Origin: Rhodosorus marinus CCMP1338
Taxonomy: Eukaryota > Plantae > Rhodophyta
Direction of reading: 5' to 3'
Length of the DNA: 64,000 bases
Assembly (NCBI GenBank): GCA_029953675.1
Contig: JAMWBK010000009.1
Span: 1,736,001-1,800,000 of the forward strand
Below, one piece after another: positions 47,833 to 61,119 of the stretch; position 1 is the stretch's first letter; every line of letters begins with the position of its first letter. A program made the position numbers and the translations under genes. The notes under the pieces are model-generated. The model ran no database searches, was not told the DNA's origin, and worked only from the letters and a program-made list of their open reading frames with translations.

Positions 47833-49070
47833 CCAGACATGGCCGCAAGTGGGTCAGCGGACAGAATGCAACAATCACTTCCTGTCCTATTCCTCTCCGT
47901 ATGGGGATTGCAGAGTATGAGGCAAGGATTTGTAAGGATCGGATCAAGCTTTACCTAAACGCAACATTCCCCATTACCAGGGCCAACAACACTCTCTCAT
48001 CCTGCTACTCTCCTTCGGGAGGGGAGTAGGGGGGGAAGAGGACGAGTGTATTCTGGGGGGGCTTTGGGGAGTTCATAGATGAGACGGGGGCAACAAAATC
48101 CCAATGTCAGCGATGCGGGGAGACTGTTTCTCCGCCTACAAAACGGCTGAACAAGCATCAGGCTGCGGCAGCTGACTCCGAGAATCTCAGCAATGGGACT
48201 CTAGCTCGGCAATCAGCCGGATGCTTGTCTGGCACTGTTGTATGCCGAGAAACAGTCTGCCTGCATCGCTGACATTGGGACTTTGTCGCCTCGGTCCCAT
48301 GCTACGGTAGTGGACCTCGACAAAATACTAGGACCGCTAAGTCCTCGGAACTTGCTGAGCCCTTGTATGTGGATTGGTACCCGGTGGAAATGCAGTCAGC
48401 AAATGATCGCATCGTTCATTCATCAGCGAAAGACCTGAGAGCAAGAAATCCGCAAAAACCACCTTAGTCATCCCACCGAAGAAGGCAATCAGTCCTCGCG
48501 TATGGATGAAAATCAACCATTTACCCCAGACTAACGTAACCTTTACGTCGAGACAGGGAACTCTGAGAAAGAAGAAGATCCGAACTCAAGGTAGGAGGGC
48601 AGGGCCGGATCTCCAAAAAGAGGAGCAGCACTGCAGCCCCAGAAACAAACCCTGAGCTCCTCAATCAGCTTTAGTAGCCCTTGCGCTGGTACAAGAAGAC
48701 TTCCTTCATCGACAAAGCATGGCGCCAAAACGATATCCTAAACATGCGAGCAGCAAAGAAGAGGCGATCAGCCCAGGAGGAATCGGTAGCACTGCAACCC
48801 TTGGATAATCCGCAGGACTTAATCCCTCGGCTACAGTTCCTTAGCACTAGTTCATCCTTTCACACCCTCCTCATAAGATAGTCGGCCACCACCCCTTCTC
48901 TCCTCTTTCTACCCCGTCCCCTGTGTTCCTTACTCTATGGCTACTGGGACTTCACAAAATATTCTTAGCAGGTCAACGAGCTGCTTTGTGCGAGTGAGTA
49001 GCAGAGCACAACTCGCAAAGCCCAAACATTAAGCGACCATGCCCCGAAAGAGATAAAGATGACATTGGAA

Positions 49071-49301
49071 AATATCGGACGCAATCGGTCGTTATCGGAC
49101 CATTAACCGGAGAAACCTCTTTGCTTTTTTAATCAGGTCCTACGAAGTCACACCGGACAGGGTCAACGAGAACCTGTTCTAGTATTACGCACTTAGGGTT
49201 CGACAAACGTTTATCGGAGAAAATCGAAGCGTTTTTAAGGACCCGAATGAGGATAACAACCCTATAATTACGCATTGTGGGACAATATCGGACGTAATCG
49301 G
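49071..49301. repeat. ATCGG-rich cluster including an 18-bp direct repeat
   Basis: aatatcggacg(c/t)aatcgg at 49071-49088 and 49284-49301; ATCGG starts at 49074, 49084, 49094, 49213, 49287 and 49297. Confidence 0.8.
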
Positions 49302-50938
49302 AAGGTTTTTTTTGCTGGGTGGCTTACAGGGAATTCCAGTCCACAATACTGCGCTCTTGGGCTTCCGTGGCCTCATTCTTCTTTCTTGCTGCGCGCTTCT
49401 CTGCTGGTGTCCTATACAAACAATCCAACCGAGCTACGCCTTCCACGGGCTGCCCCTATAGTTTGCTAACTTGCAAGTCATACAGAGTCCTCAGGCGTCA
49501 ATATGCACAGCTTGAAGGTAGCCCAAAGTGCTATCCAGTTCTTTCGTGCTTTCGTAGCATATGATGCTGCAGACGAGCACGATTAACTATTCTCTATTAG
49601 TTTAGATAGAGCCCGCATCCATTATAGCTTCCCGGATGTAACGGCTGGGTCACGGATATGTTCTCACCCGCACTCGGGAACTTTCCGCTTCTAGAATGGA
49701 TTCCCACTTTCCCACGCTGCCATGCCGGGGTGGAGTGATAACAATACATTTGTCGTCACCAGCTAGGTATTTCTAATTGCTCTGTCTGCGGCTAGTACTC
49801 GCAGTCTTGCGGCCACAGTCCAGAGCGAAACCTGAACAAAGTTGGGCGCAAGTCCGCGCAACAGCACCTAGAGTAAAACGACGTCAGAAGCATGTCTCCC
49901 TCGCACCCTGTTCTGGTCTTGGAATTCAACCGATGAAGGTTGTTCCAGGTGAGGCGCCCTCCAGCCAACCAGAATTCGAGCGCTGGCCAGGTCGTCAGAT
50001 TGTTTGGTTTTTTTTTATCATGCTGATTTGGCTCATATGTCTTTGCCATATAATATATAATATTTCGGCAGGCATATCTACTATCAATATTTATCGATGG
50101 TTGTTCTTTTTTTTTTATACGTGTTGCTTGTTTCTGACGGGATTGTTCTCCTATCAAGAAGCACTGTGCGGGAATTCAAACACTAACCATTGCAGCATTA
50201 TAAATTGTTTACATATTGTCTGATATTTGAGGTTCCCTCTCCAAGCCCAATCACTGAGCTGGAAACGTCGAAAAACATACTTTTGATAGGGGGGGGAGGG
50301 GATATGGCGGGGCTCGTTTTGGAAGGAGAAAAAAAGTGAAAACCCCTTAAAGCCATCCACGAAGAAATAAGCAGCAAATTGGGGGCAGGTTTTAGCTCCT
50401 ATGTTGCTGGGTGTGATTCTAACCTTGTCTCGTTTCAGCAGTCTGGTATGTGCTTTTGCACGAAAAAGGTAAAAGGAATAGAATTATGCATAACGGTGCA
50501 TGGGAGGGTCCTGTTGGCAACAAGAACAGTGTTGCTTGAGTTGCGTGCGTTCCTTAACTTGGGAGGTGAACTGATTTGAACACTGGGGCAAGCTCTACTC
50601 AGTTGACATGTTCGGTTGATAGGAAAGAAAAGCACTTGAATATTGGAAACTGTTACCGGTTTAGGGCTGCACACTTTCGCAGTCCAGGGGGAGTAGGAAA
50701 GATGCTTTGAAGGGGTCGAGATCAGGTTGGCAGCACTTTTGAAGTTGGGTCCGCAAGGGACGTTATCCTATTCCAGGGAAGGGCAGAAGTTGTTGGGTGC
50801 TTGGTGCGGTTGACCGCCCGCGTTATCGTTGGCTTCAGATCACAACCCCTTGAGGCTTAGGAAAGTCGGCTTGAGAGTCAGAAGAGCCCCTGGCACTAAG
50901 CAAATTTATACCACGGTCCACCTATCGCTCGACTCTGC

Positions 50939-52796
50939 ATGATGCGTACAGCCGGGGTCACTAGCCATCAGCCGAGAAGAGTTGCGGACATCATCGTAAG
51001 TCTCAGTAACGTACGCGATTCCCTCGCTGCTGGACTTTTCGTCTGAGTAGAAGACTGCTCTGTAAAACTTTTTCGCAGGATCTATATGGACATAACAAGC
51101 CAACTGTTGTAGAGCAGATGAAGTCGTTGCTGGAGTCCCACCCAAATTGGAAAGCGAAATGTAGTTCATTCACGTACTCAAGTGGACTCGAGCACTCGCT
51201 GGTTTTGCTTTTTGGTATATTGGAGATCTCGCCTCCTCTTTATTATCACAGGGGCATGGTGCCTAGCAGGAGAGTGCCCGTACGGGTTTGGATTCCTTAC
51301 GGTTTTCCAAAAGAACGCCCTATTGTTATTATTGAAGTTCCGCTTGGTGCGCAGCTAGTCCGGCGTGATTTCTTGTTATCAGGGTCTTACGAGGTAACGT
51401 CGAAACCCCAAGCTACGTTCGTTGACGAACTCTAGGCTGACATGATTTGCTGTTTCCCTGCCTTGTGTTGGAAAGGTTGACGTGATGAAAGCGCTGGACT
51501 GGGGTTCGGAAGTGGAATCGCTTCGATTAGCTTTGGTCACGTTGACGTCACTGTTTTCTTCGTTCCCACCTCTGTTTGTACCACCCAATCTTTTGCACAG
51601 CTTGTCAGACCCACCTGTGACAAGAAGCTCATCTTTTCAACGCGGCAAGAGGCAACCTACCCTACAATCTGCAGCGTCTTCCTCGTTCGCAAAGTCGGCG
51701 GATCTAGAGCGGCGAAGGAGCTCTTCATCGAAGCCAACTGGAAATCTGCAGAGATCGGCATCTGAATCGACATCGAAATTAGCTTCTCATCTAGGTTCGC
51801 AAGGAAGTCTGGACCAGATCACGAGGCCTCAGTCGACGGCATCGGTTCAGTCAGTATCAAGCTCATTTCAATCGTCGCCCTCGAGACTACCGTCGCGTTC
51901 TGTGGTCAGCGAATCGCAGACCATGCCCACGCACACCAAGTCTAACTCGATGGGGTCAGATGTCATGAAGAGGTGAGCTGCTTTTCATTGGATATTCGTT
52001 GACAGGTGTCAGCATATCGAGAATTGCCTGTAGAAGCAATTGCCGTATCCAGAGGTGCTGCCCAAGCGGGGGACCGTGACCTACAAAAAATTTGACTGCT
52101 TATGGCCCCTCTTTGTGATGTGACGATAGGCAAATGGTTGCGGCGGTGACGAAGAACGTGAGGGACGCTCTGGTACAGGTTACTGAGAAGTCGCTCCTGG
52201 ACGTTGTTTGCGAACAATCGAAGCTAGTCAATTTGCAAAAGACTGTTCAGATGATTGAATCAGCCAAATACCAGAGGTCCGTCGAGTTCAGTAAGAAAGC
52301 CAATACGCTCCTGAACGAGGATGAGAAGTTGCGCCATCAGCTGGACGTGCAGGTGAGGAGTCTGATCGAGGATCCCAGTCTTGAAGGCGCGGTTGGACTA
52401 ACTCTTTGCACTCGTGTATTTTCGAGCAGGTAAGACTTATCAAGGAGATCGGCGAAGTCGACCTCAGCAGCGGACGGGATGTTGAGCTGCGGTATCCTAT
52501 ACTTATCAACCAAATAGTCACTAGCAGGGCAGAGGATTTTGCACTGCGAGATGCGCTGGACGTGTTGGATGAGGCTTGCTCGCGGGGAGTGCTTGGTATT
52601 GACTCATATTTAAAGGTGCGATAGTGTACGAAATGTCGTGTCTTTGTTGCGATGAGCTGGTCATAACAAATAAGTTGACGAAACGAGCTGAATTCACATT
52701 TGCTAGGCGGTTGGGGAAGTCGGCCGCCAGCAGTTCTTTGTTCGCGCCACGTATCGAAAGGCTTTTTTCGTTAGGCATGGCGTGAGCTCTACCTGA
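50939..52796 (+). CDS. VPS23: ESCRT-I subunit VPS23/TSG101 (UEV domain, Ser-rich linker, coiled coil, Vps23 core), multi-exon; 3' end slightly uncertain
   Basis: UEV-like SLLESHPNW...FTYSSG...LVLLFGIL...PVRVWIPYGFPKERP...LFSSFPPLF. Core NQIVTSRAEDFALRDALDVLDEACSRGVLGIDSYLK, spliced to AVGEVGRQQFFVRA. Confidence 0.8.
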
Positions 52797-53367
52797 AGAT
52801 TTTTTTCCTAACAGATGAGGGAGCAAGGCATCTGAGATCGTTGGATGGATGATACGACTATGTCCGTGCTTAGTGGTTTAGTGCTGGCTAGTGGGTTAAT
52901 CGTCACGACAAAAACTGAAGTCTCGCTATCGAGTCGGAATCATGTTCTCCGGAAGCTTCAGATTGAAAAAGTGTATTGAGTGGTCTCCGCGCTGGACACC
53001 GGTCCAGTCCTCGCTCAGTTCAAGAGCAAACAACTTTGAATTGCATCCTCAGTATTTGCGTGACGATTCTGCGGCACTGTGCAAGTTTGCCTTACTTATT
53101 CTATTGCACGTTGTATACTCTTCTGTGAACGCGGCCAGCGGCGGCGCGGGTTTCTGATTAATCAAAAGCTCATCTGCTTGTTACCCAGATGGCGAGGACA
53201 GCGACAGTATCCCACGAGAAGGTTGTAGAACGTCAAAACGACGCGGAAAAGGAAACAATTGCATGAAGTCTAGTAGATTCCAACATCAAAATGGAACCGG
53301 TCAACTAAAGATTCCCTTGAACTTAGATCTCCCGTGGAGAAGTCGAAATGAAATAGTCCTGAGGATT

Positions 53368-54641
53368 TTAGTAGATTCCCAACAGAGTCAAGAGAGCAAA
53401 GACCAAGAATAAAACGCCGCCGATAAGCCTCGCGTTTCTCTCTGAAATGTATTTTCCGAGAAAGAATCCACCTAGTACTGCTATCACGGTTGCGACAACA
53501 TGGCCTGCAATACCACCGAACACAACACCCAGCGGAGACTTCGCCGCTGCTAACGCGATCGTTGCGATCATACTCTTATCACCCCATTCAGCAACAAAAA
53601 CTAGACTGAAAGTCTGAAGCAGGAGTCTCAAGCCGCCAGTGGATGTCAACGCACGCCACCATACTTCCGTTCGGCAGCGCATTCGTGAAAAAGGGAAAGC
53701 GTAGTTAGGCAGGGGAATTCACTGGGCAATGACTAGAACTCAAGATCATCCAGCTTCACTATTCTATCCTCCGATTATTGGTTCTCCTACCTGTTCCCTC
53801 ACTTTCCGCCTCCTTCACGAACTCTTCCGCGTCTTTGAGTTCTCCATCCTCACCTCCCTCATCCCCAGAGAGCCCGTCTCGTATATTCTGGTATCCGAAG
53901 AAGAGCAAAAGTGCAACCGCCGCGTAGTCGTCGAACGGAATGGCAGAGTGCAACGTCGTCGGCAAAGCGTGGAAAACCTGAAACGGAGACGAAAAGGCGG
54001 GGCGCCACTGGGTGGGTCAGTAGCAACCTGCAAGTAATTTGATCATTAAGTGGTTCTATACTTCGCGTCAGAGGGTTTCAAAACGTTTCGACAATCGGAA
54101 TCTTGAACATACACGCTATAGTAATGTCAATAGCTTAAGTTATTCTAGCGATTCTTACCTGCCCAATAAGTACAGAAATTATCGTCATCAATCCAAGCGC
54201 CAACACAGATCCTATGAACACGATCGCCCGGCTGTATTTCATTGCCAGCAGAGCGCTAATGAAGAAAGTCTTGTCCCCAATTTCTGAAACAAGAATCAAG
54301 ACGAAGGAAGCTGAAAAACCCGCGGACAGGGATCCAACGAGGCTGACTGCAGCGTGCGCGGGCTGGAGCGAAGCCAGTATTACTAGTCCAACCGCTGCAG
54401 TACTCGCGAGTGCTGGTCGACGCACGGGTGGCACAAATCTTCCAGGCTTAAGCTCATTTCCCTCAGCCGTCTCTGCAGATCTGTTGGCAGATGCCCGCGT
54501 CTTCAATCGCCTTGTCGCAATGGGATGCTCACTTGTTGTAATGTCGCTCTCCAACGAGCACCTCCCTACCGTTCTTACCGGACGTCTACCTGCCAAACTC
54601 CCAAGCGGAACGAAAGCCGCTTCTTCCATGAATCTCGCCAT
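53368..54641 (-). CDS. CMT1: UPF0016/GDT1-family Mn2+/Ca2+ transporter, chloroplast CMT1/PAM71-HL-like, 3 exons, about 321 aa
   Basis: Two family motifs, SEIGDKT and AEWGDKS. Exons 54641-54159, 53977-53791 and 53663-53368 give 966 nt in frame. N-terminus MEEAAFVP...GRRPVR resembles a red-lineage transit peptide. Confidence 0.88.
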
Positions 54642-56213
54642 ATTTGCTTCCGACTTGTTCTCACCTACTCCCCGCTCCCTCGGCGAGAAGTTGACGAACT
54701 GGTTTGCCTCTGCTCAGAAGTTTACGGGCTTGGGGATGGGCCGGATAGTGATATCAACGGCTTCCCCAAACCTTCCGTCTCTGAGAAGCGTACAATGGAT
54801 CACCAAACTCATTAATCACGCGTTTCCTCCCCGTAGCCGCGCATGTACCACTCACTGTCTTAATCCCGCTCAGTTTGCAGATGGCGGTGAATGCAAAAAT
54901 TGCTTGTAGTAGCATTTCGCACCCATTGCAAATACCAATATCGTCTAGCACAAGCCATTCCAGACCTCAATCTCGGTTACCAGGACGCCGAAGCGTTCCG
55001 ACCCCTTAGAAAGCCAAGGTATTCGGCATATTGTTCAGTTTTTCTACGAGTATTTAAGAATACGAGCTTGAAGATGTGTGTTCTTCTTAACCCTACGTGA
55101 CCTGCTGTGGAATTTGCAGTAGCTGATTAAGCCGATCGCTTTTTGATGGTTCAAGATTGACCAACGCCTGCGGCATTATGATTATTACTCAAATTTAAGA
55201 AACTATAGCCGCAGGTGGATGGCGCTGGTGCGCTAACCATGTCTTGTCATTTTGGACGTTGAAGCGGAATCTATTTGTTAGTCGTCTTCGTACATAACCC
55301 TGCGCGCAATCTGTACGTGGTACCTTAAATGTAAATGCTCGGCTGGACGGAGCTCTTTATCTCGGCAACCGCCGATCTTACTCGGGGGCTACATAGTCCT
55401 CGGAAGTTGAGAACCTCGATTCGGAGGGGTGTTGCCAAAACTCTCACGGACTAGCGTGCATGAGCGATGACTTGTATATCAGTAGCCTATTCAATTTGGG
55501 CTTGTGAGGAAAGAATTGATTGTTCCCGTCTGCTCTTCATCTATTGCACCTAAAAGCTTTCCCGAGGTTGAACTAAGAAGAATCGCTACGAATTTCCAGC
55601 GCAACAACGAATGTGTGCGCAACAGGGCGTACAATGTAACGGAAACCTCAATCCTAGAATGGACTTCTGAATCTATGAGGGATCTGGAAGAATTCGGTAC
55701 CCATCTTGATCTTCGCGGTTATATCAATTGCGTCACTGCATTAAAAGTGCCGACCACCGTGGCTACCCCAATACGGCCGGACTTTTCAACGAACGATATA
55801 CACAAGCACAGCAAATCCAGTACGATTCGCTTACGATCACGTAGATGGCATTTGCAGAATACCTTGTCCTCGGGCAAGAGAGGAACGTGGATGAGGAGCA
55901 AGACAGAGCCGGTACTGGTTCCGTTTTGCAACGGATCGTATTGTGCCTCCAAGCGTTAGTGGAGCTCTTTGCGGCGCCACCATGCAAAGGCTGCTTTATG
56001 GGATTCCTCTTCTATGCATCACGCAATGAACACTGTTTCTCAATTGGTCCTGAGCTTCGCTCGCGCACATTCAACCTTCGAGATCTTGTGTTAGGTAGTG
56101 CACTGACAAGAGGGCAGTTTTGTCCCAAATTATTATATTTTCCTAGCCCAAGCTTTGCGGGTGTACCGGGCTTTCGTCACAAAGTGTGTTTTTGGGACTT
56201 CTCCGTGCGGTTC

Positions 56214-59200
56214 CTAAGCTCGTGATGCCCTCCCCTTCTTTTTCTTTCCGGATGTCTGCCCTCCTACAATATTCCACGTATCCGCATCCGCTGGCCCGTT
56301 CGATGAATCGGCTTGCTCGAAATTTTTTCGTCTGACGAATTCGTCGGCAAAACCTGTGGCTTTCTCCGACGTGCCAAGGTACTCTACAACATATTCCTAT
56401 ATCGAGTCACCGAAAATTGCAACGAAGGTTTGAGCACATGCTCACAGTCCTCTAAGGCGAATACTAGGTGACCAGATGAGTCATTGGGATGCGTCAAAAC
56501 TAATGTAAAAATTTGCATTACCTTTATCTCCCATGCTGAGCGCAGAGTCAGCAGAAACTCGGGAAGGGTGGTGTCCGAGCTTCCAGTGATCTTTCGCATT
56601 TCTCCCTGGCACCATTTCGCGAAGTCCGGCGACATACTCGCTCCGAACGCATTCTGCTTCGCACTCATGCTCTGATGGGGTGGGTTCGTATTTGAAACTG
56701 AGGACATAGCCGAACCCGCTATTTGCCTTTCCGCAGGAGCTCGTGTAGCGGAAGCTGTGAGAAGCGTGCTTGCTTGCACATGAGCAGCTGATCCTTTTCG
56801 TCTTAGCGATGCCTCCGCCGCCTCCCAAAAGTTCTCTCCATCTTGATCAACAGAACCGGCCGGACCAGCAGGTCGACTTGCCTGGGCTGAAGCAGTCGAC
56901 AGTACTGAGCCTGTTGATTTCATTTGTTTTTGGGTGGGTACCGGTCGATGGACAATTGAAGCAGCGGCTTGCTCAGGTGGTCTGTTAGCTCCCGCAACTT
57001 TTGCGGCCCAACCGCTCGTAGTAGAAATCTTTGGTTCAGACAGTGCAGTTGCAACCGTCCTCTTCTTCTCTTCTTCTTCAATCCTCATTTGCTCTTTCAG
57101 AGACATCGAAGGAGCGGAGGGAGCAACCGAACCCCAAGCCCCCCCTCGTGAAGAGGATGGCGATGAATTAGGGTTTGGAGTTACCTGAGTAGTTTCTTTC
57201 TTCATCATTCGGGCGTTCTCTTCCTTCGCTTTCTGACGTGCCTCTTCCCTGAGAATGTCAACAAGTGACGTGCTCTTTGCTTGTTGAGCTGCGACTCCCC
57301 CCCAGGCTGGCCCGCCAGCGCCCGCCTTCGGGGCTTGCGCCTGTCGTAACTTCAATTGTTTCAAGTTTCGCTTCTTTTGCTCCTCCGCTCTTTTGGCCTC
57401 CTCCTCCTGGATGTCCTTCAACGATGGCAATGCATCCAATCCCTTTGTTGCCTTGTCCGATGCTGTCCAGGGTGCAGCTGCTGTACCTCGTGAAGATGGT
57501 TGCTTGCTATATTCCTCTTTCACTGTGATGCCGCCTACCGCATCTGCAGTGTTGCTCTCCCCTCGGTTTGTCCTTTCGTCAACCCCGCGACCACCAATCA
57601 GCTGCGGTTGCGCTTGAGTCTCGAGGGAAGCTTCGCTATGGGTCTCTAGGTTCTGACGCTGCTTCCTATTTTTGCCTCTTGATCCTGGAGCTTCCACGGT
57701 TTCCCATTGGGCCATTGTCTCATCCTGCACAGCACCAGTGGAGTCCTCATTCTCCTTGAGTGAATGAAAGTAAGGGCTGTCTTAGTCAACGGACGGTTCA
57801 CACCAACTCTTGCAGGAATTTAGAAGTTGACTACTTATTTCACGGCAGCGGGCCGCAAAGGAAGCAGTCTCCAAAGGCTGCCGGCTCCCAAAAAAGCCAG
57901 ACTAGCAAATGCTATACTCGAGTTATCACTGTTGTGGTTCTACTTTGGCTTACCCGCTCGTCCGAGTTCAGGGCGGGGCTCTGCTTGGTGCTGGCGCCTG
58001 ATCCCTTCCCGATTTTCGCGTTCCCGACGGTCTCAGCGCTCTGCTGAATGTCATCCGGGGTTGACCCTTTCAACTCTTTTTCTGCAGTGAAACTAACTCT
58101 CACGACGTCTACGAGAGAAAACGCGAGAAGCAAAATGTAAAACGGGTACGAAAGAGTGGTTTCCAAGTTTTCAGCGACGACAAAATGTAGCTCGTAAGCT
58201 GAAGAGGTGTTAGACGACGTGGAGCACTCAGCGCCCTCTGAACGCCCTCTCAACTCCAGAGAAGAAACTAAGCAAACAAAGTGATTGGCAGTGAGCCGAA
58301 GCAAGCGGTCGCTTACCTTGTTCCTGCTCATGAAATTTTATTTTTTGAGTTCGGTCTGCCTCCGTTCCAGCCGCAAGTCCATGGATACCGACAGATCCCT
58401 CAAGCGACCTGGCAATGTGGGGCTTTTGTTCCCTTCTCAACTTGACCCCTGCCATGTCTCCTCTGCTGAAGTCCAAGCCCAGAGCACCCTCGTCATAATG
58501 GGGTTCTGGTTCCTTCAGTGAATTGGATCCTGTCCCAGACTGGTTGGCGGAGCTGAAATTAGTACCGACTTGTCTCTAGAGAGCAGGATGAGACACACAG
58601 GGATATGGTGAGACGGCGGGAAGCGAAAGCGAATTGTTTCTGGGCTTCCGAAGAAAGTAGGACTACTGGAACAAACGTACTATTGTTTTTGGTGTAGCCT
58701 CCTTTCCAGAAACCAGAGATTGGTCGCTGGCTTCGCGAGGTGGACTTCGGTCCACTGTTTGATTCGAGTCGGTTGTGAGCACTTTATGCTCCAGCCACCA
58801 CTGATCGGAGTTCATTTGCTTCGATTCCACCTGACATCCGAAAGAGGCTATTGCTGGATCAATTGCCATAAGCGATTCACCTTTCTGTGATACATTTCCG
58901 AAGGAAAGGAGTTGTGGGGAAATGTCAAGCACGTGGTTCAGGGTTCCCCGTGGCTTTTCAATTCTTTTCTTCTCGAGCGTTGCGTTACCTGCTCGGTTGA
59001 TTTTGACTCACGAGTTACCGAGTTCGCCAACAAGTCCAGAATGGATGGAACATTCGCCTCTCCGTCGACTTTGGCGCTCCTGTATTCTACTGGAGGCTTG
59101 CCAGTGGGGACGACTTCGAGGCCTTGAACAGGAAGGATTTTATCCCCTGGTTCTTGTATAGCCGTTTTCCCACCAGCCACGGAAGAAACGTCGTGGTCGA

Positions 59201-61119
59201 GGTCATGTGAAAGCTGCCCGCGCATGACGTTAGCGAAGCGGCTAGTCGTCGGGAGGCTAGAACTGTAGCCTGTCAGCGCGAATCGATAGCAGAGTAACAA
59301 GTCAAATATGATTCAAGAACAAACGACGAGAAGTCGCTGGAAGCACTAATCATTAAGTTGCGCTGGGATGCGAGGCCCTAGTAGAGCACAAATGGTTGCT
59401 GATTCAACTTCACCTCCTGATCTCTGAGCAATGGTTGGTCTGACTCGCTCAGCAGTCTGCTCGTCCTCTTCAGGCGAGTCTGAAGGTTTCTGACTGTCTC
59501 CACCGCGCTCGCTCGAGTCCAGAACCATACCAGAAAACTCTTGGTGAAGGATCTCGCTCCGATCAGCACCATCGTCACCGTCATCGTGAAATTTCGGTCC
59601 CACCTGATCCAGCTTGAAAAACTCGCCAGATGAATCTCCTTTGGCTTCAGAAAAGCTGAGCGAGTCCCCAGTATCACCCTGCATGAAATAGAAAATTCCA
59701 TTCTCAATAAACAGTTGCGTGACTAAATAGGAAGCAATACCCTCCGGGCAAACGTGAAAGTGCGATTGAACACGCCGATGAGTCTCTGTCAAATACGCAT
59801 GGAAATCTGTGGATTATCCTCGCGACAAGAGTCACAATTCATGCACACGGTCCTTGGCAAGAAACGAAAACAGTCCACAGGTTCTCAGACATAGCGCACC
59901 GCAGCAGATGGATCGGCGACCGCGAAGTCGTCTTCCACTTTCGTAAATCCAGGAGGAGCGTTTTCTTCTCCTTTGAGCCCGAACACAGTAACCAGAGGAC
60001 GGAATTCCGTCTCTTCAAGGGCGCGGACGGGTAGATCCTCGCTGTAGTACCCGGCCTTCAGCCACTCCATCAGCTGGCTTGCTGAGAACGGCCCTGTGTG
60101 GATGAGGGGAGCTATTGTCAGTAACATGTAATGTGATTCTATTCATGTCTCCTATTCGGCCCAGAATCTGCAACGTACCTTGGACAATCATTTGAGGGTC
60201 TCGATATTGCCATATCTTCTGCTGATCATCAAGATCCTTGCTCTTCTCCCTTTCCCTATCCTTTTCAGCGGACTGCTTTGTGAACGCCGACAGATCTCTT
60301 CGGTTCGTCGGCATTAGAGGAGGCAAGCTCGGAGACGGGGTTGCTGGGGGGGAAGTAGGAACTACTGCACAGGAAGACGTAGCAACTGTCTTGAGCAAGT
60401 GCTCAAAGCGCATGGGGTTGTTCATCGTTGCTTTTCACTAAACCGTCCGAATCCTACCTTTTGAGCTTCCCCTCCAGTTGATATTGGAATCGGCCGATGA
60501 TCGCATTCCCCTACTCCAATACGGGGAGGACTTTTCCCCTATTTCACATCAAAACGGGATACAAAAGGTAGAACCTTCTTCTGAGCGTCCAACCGCAGGA
60601 GAGCAACTTTTCACATCGTCTGCACAAACAATTGTTGCCGACTAGATTACCAATACTTTGAGAAGTACCCGATCCAGTACTCTTCCTATTCTGCAGTCCC
60701 CCGTGTACAGTCGGCGATCCTCCTTGTCCGAACACGGATAATCCCCGTCTTTGGTTAGCTGCTGGGCTGTTTATAACATGCTCGCCTTGATTTGGTTTGT
60801 CAAACGGTGTCAATCGCAGCTTCTCCACGCGCGGAGTAGCATGCTGCTCTTGTTCACCATCGCCCCTCAGATTCATAGGCACGAGAGGGTCCTTCAATGT
60901 TACGCCCGGGTGTTCTTGCATACCACGGGGTACCACGGGGTACGAGCGGTAGACAGAAAGAATCTCGGCTTTCGAAAATCGCAGCTTGACCTTCCTGTTG
61001 TGAGCCTCAACCTGCGGTGTCTCGTCCACAGCTACAGCGCTGCCGGATAGACCAGTTTTCCTAGTCAGGGGCATCCAGCCAGGCCCCAATTTTACTCCGT
61101 CCATATTTTTCGACATCAT
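56214..61119 (-). CDS. Large GYF-domain protein (GIGYF/Smy2-like), multi-exon; internal exons only partly resolved
   Basis: N-terminal LRFSKAEILSVY; GYF domain WQYRDPQMIVQ|GPFSASQLMEWLKAGYYSEDLPVR; repeated SLxDI..EE motifs; C-terminal FAKWC...LPEFLLTL...EIK|EYVVEYLGTSEKATGFADEFVRRK; stop at 56214-56216. Confidence 0.85.

Noticed and set aside
5361-49301. Short repeats as CRISPR arrays, and searches for tRNA and snRNA genes
   Set aside because: No repeat has three or more units with unique spacers. GGTTCGA-like hits lack cloverleaf context, and no U1, U2, U5 or U6 core motifs were seen.
55504-56225. ORFs 55504-55959 and 55845-56225 (+); DHRGYPNT faintly resembles a retroviral integrase HHCC region
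   Set aside because: Ligand spacing does not fit and there is no DDE core; left unassigned.
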